Part shown: piece after piece, positions 54,315 through 64,000 of the stretch
Layout of the letters: each line of letters starts with the position of its first letter
Position numbering within the stretch: position 1 is the stretch's first letter
NCBI GenBank assembly: GCA_951406725.2
Contig: OX597823.1
Span: 77,438,001 to 77,502,000 of the forward strand
Origin: Octopus vulgaris
Taxonomy: Eukaryota
Reading direction: 5' to 3'
Length of the DNA stretch: 64,000 nt
Position numbers and translations under genes: made by a program
Notes under the pieces: generated by a model
What the model was told of the DNA's origin: nothing
Databases searched by the model: none
Seen by the model: the letters and a program-made list of their open reading frames with translations, nothing else

Positions 54315-54680
54315 ATCATCGTTTAATGTCCGTTTTCCATGCTAGCATGGGTTGGACGGTTCGACCGGGGTCTGGGAAGCCAGGAGGCTGCACCAGGCTT
54401 CAGTCTGATCTGGCAGTGCTTCTACAGCTTGATGCCCTTCCTAAAGCCAACCACAACTTTTTATGTGCCACTGGCACAGGTGCCAGGGGAGGCTGGCAAT
54501 GGCCATGATCGGTTGGTGATTTTTACGTGCCACCAGTACAGAAGCCAGTCAAAGCAGCGCTGGCAACAGCCACATTTGGATGGTGCTTTTTACATGCCAC
54601 TGGCACAGGTATCACTACTACAATTTCCATTTGATTTTTTGATGTTGATGTGCTTGATTCAATAGGTCTCCTCAAGCACA
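54315..54680 (-). mobile_element. SINE family C with internal repeated tttacgtgccac units
   Basis: Reverse complement of the 53186 copy. Confidence 0.8.
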
Positions 54681-56154
54681 GGGGGTCTCCTCAGTATGGT
54701 CATGACAGGAATGCCTTTGATCATAGGCTTTGTTAAGTGCAGATCCAGGACATAACAAAAACAACAGCAACAACAAAGCAAGAACAACTACAAGCGTCCA
54801 GACTACATAGTTATATATTCATATCTTACTTGACTATGAATGGCCTGATGGTTAGCCTTCGGTAAGCAACAGTAGCACTGAATAATGAATGACAGTTCAG
54901 TTAGTCTGTAGTGCTAAGCGATCCTATGAGTCAGGCCATAATAGAAACATTCTCTCTCATATGAATAAATAATTGGTAGTGTTGGTTGAGAGATAATATC
55001 TCTCCTTGCACAATGTTGCTTCTAGATTCTAGTGAAGACAAAGTATACCTTTTCATCGTTTGATGTCAAATGACAATTGTTGTTGCTTGTTCCTTCTTGA
55101 GTCATAAGGACCGGTTTCCTGCTTTCATTGGTGTATAGATTTCCTACCTGGATGGGATGCCAGTCTGTTGCAGGTGAGCTGCTAGATGCAGGAGGAAAGA
55201 GTGACAGAAAGTGATGTGATCTCCTCCTTTGTAGGGGATGCATTGCACGGGGGCCTAGTTTTGGGTGAATTGTAAACACAATGCCTATATTATTTGGATA
55301 GTATTGGTGGAATATTTTCCACATGGTGCAAATAATATATTACTCACAGCAGCATTACAGACAATAGAGTTTTAGCTGTTTAAGTCGTGCCCAAGAATCA
55401 AGTCCCATCATGCCATTAATTTTTTTAGTGATTGATCTTTGTGGCACTTCAATCTTCATTATGTCTAGGTTTTTTTGTAGGGGGACCACAATGAGCAGCA
55501 ATATTCGAAGTGGGGCCTAGCAAATGTGGAGAAGAGAAGGATTATGGTTTCATGATCCCTAGATTGAAAAGTTCTGAGGATCCATAAGTACATTCTACAG
55601 GCAATATATATATGACAGATTTCTTACAGTTTCTGTTTATCAATCCACTGTCAAGGCTTTAGTTGGCCCAAGGCTACCACAGAAGACACTTGCCCAAGTT
55701 GTCATGCAGTGGGACTGAGCCTGGAACCATGTGGCTGGGAAGCAAACTTTGAGACAACTCATATGCTTCAGCCTTATTCTGACCTCATTAACAAAGCTTA
55801 ATCTTTTATGTATTTGCTAGAATAGTGATGGACAAAACACTAAGAGAATTTACAAGATTGTACTTTTTCCTGTAGGCAGACAAAGTAGTTTACAGTATGA
55901 AAAAAAAAGCTTGAATGAAATACTAATAAAGAGCCAAAAACAGGGGAATTATAAATACATTTGTCCTTCCGGAAATAGCAGCTGCATTTTAAACAAATCA
56001 TAACTGAAAACGAGTACACCCCAAGCATTAGGCTTCCACATATTTTCCATCAACAGGTTTTAATTCAAAAGACTTTTATAGAAGATATTTCCTCAAAGTG
56101 CCACACATTCATAATGAACCCACCACCACATTACTGAAGAGCAAAATTTCTCAT

Positions 56155-56214
<60 letters not shown>

Positions 56215-56483
56215 ACACACACACAATGCACGCACAAGGCCATACCTCTCTTGAAACGGTAGCAAATGCATGTAATCAGTGTTAATATCAGAGCAGAAGA
56301 TGTCAAGAAAGAAATCAGCTAAAACTGATTTAATAAAATCTGAAGCTCCTTTTGACAGCAGGTTACTCTTGAAAGAAGATTGATTGTGATGAGTTGCACA
56401 ATACTGGAAGATATGAGTACATTGTCCTACATATATGCATACACAATCATATACATACATACACACTCACATACATACATACA

Positions 56484-56566
<83 letters not shown>

Positions 56567-56924
56567 ACACACAGATGTACATAATATATATTCACACGCA
56601 TATACATATATATGCACACACTCATACACATATACATACATACATACATAAACATATACATACACACATATACATATATATACACACACACTCATGCACA
56701 TAAACATACATACATAAACATATATACACACTGATATGCATATATATATATATATATATATACACATCTACCAATACACACACACACAAACACACATACA
56801 CATATACACACACACATATATTTACATACACAAATGTATATAAATACATATACATATATATATGTGCATGATTGTATGTGTGTACATATATATGCAAGTG
56901 TGTGTATGTATGTATGTATGTATG

Positions 56925-56963
<39 letters not shown>

Positions 56964-57529
56964 GTGTTTGTGAGTGTGTACCTATGTATATACATACAAC
57001 TACCCTCACATGTGTGTGTGTGCATATATATATATACATGCATGCACACATTGTAAATGAAACAATGATAGGGAATAAATGGGCCACCATTATTTAATCA
57101 GATTACCTTCCTTTAACTGCTGCTGCTGCTACTGCTACTGCTACTGCTGCTGCTGATGGTTTGGAACCAATAATTTTTCAAAGAGAAGAAGAAAGAACAA
57201 AATACACCAGGAGCAGTAGCAGGAGGAAGAGGAGGAAGAGAGACGAGGCTGGAAGAAGAATGAAGATTTGGAAGAACCGGATGAGGAGGAGAAGTAAGAG
57301 GATGAGAATGAGAATGACTAGAAAGAAAGAAAGAAGGAAAGGAAGGAAGGAAGGAAGATAGAATGAATGAAAGGAAGAAAGTGAATGGTGCAACATTTCA
57401 CAGCATGCAAAAGTAAAAAAAAAAAAAAACAGAAAAAAAACTAAACAGCCAAAAAAAAAAATAGTGTTATTTCATCATTAAGATGGTTTATCTGTTAAAA
57501 TTTTGTAGATATTTCACAATTATGAACCA

Positions 57530-57577
<48 letters not shown>

Positions 57578-58131
57578 TGTTTCTAACAGTAATAATAATA
57601 TAAAGACAAAAGACAATAAGAAACAAAAATTATACAATAATAAAATAAAATAAAATAACAAAAAAAAACAAATACACCAAAGAGTAAGAAACATAACAAA
57701 TAAAAAAAAACTCAACAAAAATACATCAATATTTTATATGATTTGATTTCTCATTTTATCCCAGTTTATTCATTCAGGGTTTTGATTAGCGGTTGTTTTG
57801 GAGAGGGTTGTTGTTGTTGTTGTTGTTGTTGTTGCTGTCTTTTTTGTATATTTTATCTTTTTCATAGTCCTCTCCCCCCTCCTCATACCTTTATTCTTTT
57901 ATTAGTAAGGAATATTGATTATTGTTTTTGTCTTTTTTCTTTTGTATTTTGTTCTTGTCTTCTTTTTTTTTCTGTTTTTTTTTGTTTTTGTTTTTGTCAA
58001 TTTCCAATCTTTCTATTGATGTTAGAATACACAATTCTTATTCTTTCCTCACTCTCATTCCCTCCCTCTCTCTGTCTCTCTTTGTATCTCTGCCATCTTC
58101 TTTCCATCTATGTTTCTCATTTCTCTCTTTC

Positions 58132-58236
58132 TTTCTTTCTCTCTAACAAACTCTCTATTTCTCTACTGCTCCGTCTCACTTTCTTTCTCTCTAACAAACT
58201 CTCTATTTCTCCACTGCTCCGTCTCACTTTCTTTCT
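58132..58236 (+). repeat. 48-bp tandem duplication
   Basis: ctaacaaactctctatttctc.actgctccgtctcactttctttct at 58143 and 58191. Confidence 0.85.
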
Positions 58237-58473
58237 GTCTTCCTCTTTCTCTCTCATTCACACACACTCTCTCGCTCTCTCTTACTTGTTTCTCTCTTTC
58301 CCTTTCACTTCTAACATTGTCTTCATAGAATAAATTGCTTGGCTGGAAATAGAAAATTTTGGTCAAGTTGAATGGCTCAGGTTCTGTAATGATTACTGGT
58401 CTCTCAATCTCTCTTTCTCTATCATTCTATCTCTCTCAATGTCTCTCTCTCTCTCTCTCGTTTCTCTCATTGG

Positions 58474-58507
<34 letters not shown>

Positions 58508-58626
58508 TTCTCTGTATATGTCTGTTGGAAAGTAAATGCTTCCAAACTGCAAATCGAAGATTGGGTTATCACTCCAGGAATTAAGTTTTCATGTAGTGAT
58601 GTGAAGAGCACGAGAGGCCTTGTCAG

Positions 58627-58676
<50 letters not shown>

Positions 58677-58954
58677 TATGCACACGCATACACACATATA
58701 TATATGCATGTACGTACGTATATATATATATAGTCAATTCAAATAAACAAACACTTCAAATAAATGAATAAAAATGGACAACACGAAAATGTGCATAAAA
58801 AAAGTATCAGCTTGACGCTCAGTGAAAGGAGAGAGTGTCTAGTTTGCATAAGAAGGCGGCAGAGTAGCATGGTCACAATTTCTTTGTATAAAAGTTTCCC
58901 TGTACATCAGTAAATTGTTGTGTAATTTCACATTATCTGTGTACTACAGATATT

Positions 58955-59206
58955 CTTACAGCTGATACGATCAACTGAACAGCCTGCTCGTGAAATTAAC
59001 GTGCAAGTGACCGAGCAATCCACAGACATTTGTACGCCTAACGTAGTTTTCAAGGAGATTCAGCATGACACAGAGTGTGACAAGGCCAGCCCTTTGAAAT
59101 ACAGGTACAACTCATTTTTGCCAACTGAGTGGACTGGAGCAACATGAAATAAAGTGTCTTGCTCAAGGACACAACGCATCGCCGGGAATTGAACTCACGA
59201 ACTTAC
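58955..59206 (-). mobile_element. SINE family D
   Basis: Minus strand has gagttcaattcccgg (B-box-like)-cgatgcgttgtgtccttgagcaagacacttt. Confidence 0.75.
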
Positions 59207-59645
59207 ATACAAATATATACATCATCAGCACCATCATTCAATGTCCACCTTTCATGCTGGCAAAGATTGAATGATATGACACGATCTGGCAATCCAGAAG
59301 GCAGCACAAAAGTTCTTCTGTTTATCTTAGAATGATTTTTGTTGCTGGGTGCTCTTCCTGTCACATACCACACCAACCAATTTCATGTGTCTCCCCCATC
59401 ACTGCCTGCACCAGCAAGGTAATCAAGCAAGCTGCAAGATAATGCCTCTCAGCTGAAGAGGGAGTAGTATTTAGGGGAGAGACTTTGTATCAGGTGATGA
59501 GAGAGAGAAAGAGAGAGAGAGAGAACCAGTGATGAAGAAATTATGTCAGGATGCACTCTCAAGTTGCAGGAAAGGCTATATAAGGGTATATAAGTAAAGT
59601 GGTACTGGAGATTGGATTGGGCAAGCACAAAGCTTATATATATAA

Positions 59646-59697
<52 letters not shown>

Positions 59698-59711
59698 TAT
59701 GTATGTAACTC

Positions 59712-59891
59712 ATCATCATCATCATCATCATTCAACATCTATTGTCCATGCTGGCATGGGTTGGATGGTTTGATCAGGGCTGGCAAGCTGGAATGACACA
59801 CCAGACTCCAATCTGATTTGGCATGGTTCCTACGGCTGGATGCCCTTCCTAACACCAACCATTGAGAGTGTAATAGATGCTTTTACATGCC
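59712..59891 (-). mobile_element. SINE family C (further copies at 59220-59385 and 61105-61288)
   Basis: ccatgctggcatgggttggatgg...ggctggatgcccttcctaacaccaacc. Confidence 0.8.
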
Positions 59892-60803
59892 ATACATACA
59901 CATGTCTTCTGTAAGCAATACACCCTGTTGCTTGGTTGTTTTGATGCTTCTGATGTGGGAAGAGTAGTTGAATAAAGATATCTTTATTGTAAAATAAGTA
60001 AGGGTTAGCAACAGGAAAGGCATTTGCACATAAAATACTTCTTTAATATACCTTGTCCAACACATGGTAGCATGTAAAAAGTAGATATAAAAATGATGTA
60101 GACGATGATGATGATGAACAATAACGATGAGGAGAATTTACATATGTGTTGTGTGTGTGTGTGTGTGTGTACATAATACATACACACATATATATATACA
60201 TATAAATTTTGAGAGACTGAAGTGGACACTTCCTGAGAAGCAAGCAATAACCAGGTGAAACTAGCCAACCGGGTTTACAGTTTGGTTTGTCAGTTTTAAC
60301 TAGAAACTTTAATAAACATACATTTAACCTCTCCCTGCACACAAAGTCTGTGTACACAGAAAGGCTAAATGAATGTTTATTAAATGTAGACATGTATACA
60401 CATCGAAAATATATACACAGGCCTACTGTTTCACAATTTTATTTAATTAATAAATTCCACTTATGAATGTACAGATATGCAAATAAGATTAGTGCTTGTT
60501 ACTCATTGTATTTTACATAAATGATTCTAACACACATATTGCTTCTGTCTCTGTAGAACAAATAAAGACACTTTTGCTGGGCTAACAATAGCCAGACTAA
60601 TTTACTTGTATTGTTTAAAAGGTCATTGTACAAGAAACATGTGCTTTAACCTTAGGTTCTACTTCCAAAGCAAGATTGTAAATTTGCTTATAAAATATAT
60701 GCAGGTCAACTTATTTTCCTTGTATCCAGATACATGCCATTTTAGTTCTTTAGTTAATGTGTTTATGTTCACGTATCTGTATGTGTGTGCACATGGACCT
60801 GAG

Positions 60804-60844
<41 letters not shown>

Positions 60845-60932
60845 CTTTATTAACAAAGCTACAAAAGCATCACAAAAAGAAAGAGTACTACTCAGAGTTT
60901 CACGTTCCTGTTCCTCGGAATGTGAAACTCTG
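60845..60932 (-). mobile_element. Truncated relative of the 5612 hammerhead element with a short terminal inversion
   Basis: Minus strand CCGAGGA-ACAggaaCGT-GAA-ACTCtGAGT-A shares acgtgaaactctgagt with 5642-5657. Confidence 0.55.
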
Positions 60933-61614
60933 CATAACATTTTTATATATATATATGCATTAATGGGTAACCATGGAAAATCCCTGGGTGATAAAATTCA
61001 TTTTTGCAGTTATTTACATGTGACAAACAGTATTTAAATAGGATAATTAAATAATAATAATTCTGCTTTATTATTTAATAAATCATCATCATCATCACCA
61101 CCATTATCATCATCATCATCATTTAACATCTGCTTTCTACGCTGACATGGGTTGGGCAGTTTGAATGGAGCTGGCCAGCTGGATCCCTACACCAGGCTCC
61201 ATTTGTCTGCTTCAACATGGTTTCTATGGTTGGATGTCCTTCCTAACACCAACCACTTTACAGAGTGCACTGTGTGCTTTTTATGTCCATATCTGCAATG
61301 TATTCAGCAAACTAAATAACCCATGACTATTTTAACAAAATGCAGAAACAGTGAAATTAAACACAGCAGTGAATTGGTCTGGGTGTGGCTGCCAAAGGAT
61401 GGGCAAACAGAATGAGTGAGAGCGAGAGCAGAGAAGACATCAAGAACTATATTTAAAATATGCAAATGTATGCATATGTTGCATATTAAAAATGTTTATT
61501 CAGATTTGGAGATTTGCAAGCATATTTATATGTTTTGTACTTATATCTATGAATGTGTAAATGTGGTGTATTTGTGCACACATATATATGTGTGTGTATG
61601 TATATATGTGTGTG

Positions 61615-61649
<35 letters not shown>

Positions 61650-61651
<2 letters not shown>

Positions 61652-61847
61652 ATAGAAATGGTAAGACAACAAAAGAATGAAAGAGACCTCGATATTATGT
61701 AAATAGAAGAATTTATCTGTAAATGTAATATGTGACAATTATTCGGTAGCCATGATAAAAATCTGAGTTTCAGATGTCGGGGTGGAAATACACGCTGCTA
61801 TCTCTTCAGTTATTCAGCCATCGGATTTCCACCCCGACATCCGAAAC
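61650..61847 (-). mobile_element. Penelope-like short element with degenerate hammerhead (61753-61815) and a 23-bp terminal inversion
   Basis: Minus strand ataa-CTGAAGA-GATagcagcGTG..CACcccgacATCt-GAA-ACTCaGATT-tttat. Inverted arms at 61767-61789 and 61825-61847. (TA)n flanks. Confidence 0.5.
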
Positions 61848-61857
61848 ATATATATAA

Positions 61858-61991
61858 TCTCTTCTACTCTAGGTACAAGGTCTGAAATTTTGGGGGAGGG
61901 GGGGGCAATCGATTAGATCGACTCCAGTACGCAGCTGGTACTTAATTTATCAACTATGATAGGATGAAAGGCAAAGTCGGCCTTGGCGGAA
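61858..61991 (-). mobile_element. SINE family B fragment
   Basis: ctggtacttaatttatc...aggatgaaaggcaaagtcggccttggcggaat. Confidence 0.75.
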
Positions 61992-62382
61992 TTGTTATTA
62001 TGTTAAACTGTCATATGTCCAAATTTGGCCAAACGTGCTTTTACCATTATTCAATTTTGCTTGCAATAGCTGATTCTTTTGGTCCAACTATCGTATCTAC
62101 AGCTGTTTCAGATGCCAAGACATGACAATTGTCAAAGCATAGTACAACAGTTTAGCATTTTTCAAAAGTGTTGTATGTCCCACATACGGCAGTTTTGCAA
62201 AAATATTTCTGACTGAAAATATCATACATGCATGGAATCAAGGATTTTATGCACCCAACAAAGTATTATTGTTAAACTGAAACTGTTGCTAATGTAAAAA
62301 GAAATGGAATTGTGAAACTATTTTTCCATTTTCTGAAAAAGCAACGTTTTGGACATATGACACTTTTGCATAATAGCAACAA
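61992..62382. mobile_element. MITE with ~30-bp TIRs
   Basis: ttgttattatgttaaactgtcatatgtccaaa / tttggacatatgacacttttgcataatagcaaca. Confidence 0.7.
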
Positions 62383-64000
62383 TATATGTGTGAGAGAAGT
62401 ATGTATATATGTATAAGTACTCATGCACAAGTATGTACACACACGTGTGTGTATAACTACAGTCATGTGTACCATCCATAACAATATTGAACACATATAT
62501 ATTACGCATAAATAAGCAGTTATGCAAATTACCATTTTTTTTCTCTTGGCAATTTTCTCTCATTTTTCTTTCATTTCCATTGTACCTTTCATATTTCTCA
62601 TGCCCCTCTCTCTGTCACTCTCTTACTCACTCTCTCTCTCTCTCTCTTAAAATTAATCTCCACTCTTTTAGCTTGCCTCCACCCTGCAGACACACATGCA
62701 GTGCCACAATGCCACCATACGTTGCTTGGTTTCTGTTATCATTCTCTTTAGTACCATACTTGTATATATGTAATTCTCTCAATCACACTCTCTCTCCTTC
62801 TCTCTCCCTCTCTCTCTCTCTCTCTACTCCACTCTCTACCGACATCAAACCTTATACTCAGCACCTTCAACACTTAGAGATACCCTCTCTCAGTCTCTCT
62901 AGTTTATCTTTATTTTTACCCTATACTCTTCTTTCTTTTTCCTTATTGCCATGGCACTTTCCTTCTTCTCTTTCTCCTACTTGTATTGATAATAATTACT
63001 TTTTATATGTGATTTTATATGTATATTTTAATATTCATGTTTTTATTTGTCTGTATGAAAAATTGGACGCATGTGTGTACGTTGTGTGCAAAATAAAATC
63101 TAACCAATATGATTGCGTCTGCTTCATTTGCATGTTTGTGTATAGGTGCGTATGGTTATGTGTATGCTCATGCATAAAAATGTGTGTGTAAGTGTATACA
63201 GCTGTATACAAGCAAAAAACATGAAATATGTATTTGTATAAGTTTGCATACACACATACATACATATACATATATATGTGTGTGAATATACGCATATATA
63301 TATATATATATACACATATACATATATAAATTTGTATACAAGTTTGTATCAATCACCAGTGATATAGAATTTACACAAGTTCACAATTATATATGTCTTT
63401 AACCAAAATCATAATGCTTAATGCATATTATATACTGTGTAGGCGTGTCGATATGCGTGTGTGTGTGTGTGTGTGTATATATATTTATAAGTAAAATCAT
63501 ATTAAACTGTGTTTACTGCTAAATATCATTTTCACTTGTTATTATAATATATATACATATAACATATAAATCAATGTTTGCTATGAAATATCTTTAATTT
63601 TAAATTAAGTCTGTCTACTTTGATTGAAGATTCTATTTTGAATGGACTACTAAATTCCAAAATGAAATGAAAATTCTGTTTTACCAAATATAATGTTTGA
63701 TAAATTATAAGATGGTATTGGTTTCTTTGCACCATTGTCTGTTTGCAGTGTATATTTTTTTTTGTTTTTTTTTTCCCTTTTTGTTTCTATCTCATTATCA
63801 GTAAAATTTTTCAGCTGATTCTAATGAATCATTTGTTTTATTATTTAAGCTATATTTTTTACCTTTTTCTTATTTAACAATATTGCTGCTAGATTTAATG
63901 ACTCATGTATCTTTGCAATCACATTTGATTTTTGAAGTTAAAGGTAATTTATAAAATGGAATTCCTGCATGCCACAAATATTTCCATCAAATTACATTGG

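Overview
AT-rich eukaryotic DNA saturated with microsatellites ((TA)n, (CA)n, (TATC)n, (CAT)n, (TAA)n, (GGT)n). The SINE families and repeat load point to an octopod cephalopod (Octopus-like) intron or intergenic region; this assignment is inferred. No host protein-coding gene can be supported, and almost all ORFs in the track are translated microsatellites. The only recognisable protein remnants are two R4/Dong-type LINE 3' fragments sitting in (TAA)n and two Tc1/mariner transposase relics. The rest is at least four SINE families, piggyBac-, hAT-, mariner- and pogo-like MITEs, a non-autonomous Helitron and local tandem duplications. The main hidden signal is a set of about 11 type-I hammerhead ribozyme motifs (CUGANGA-stem II-GAAA-short or palindromic stem III-UH) from about six sequence-distinct short elements, mostly beside (TA)n. 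They include a near-perfect divergent pair on opposite strands at 42.1-42.5 kb and recurrent core variants (A.A at the base of stem II, extra A after A9, U6, GUG site). These resemble Penelope-type pLTR/retrozyme-like non-autonomous elements. Folds were derived by eye and activity is untested.
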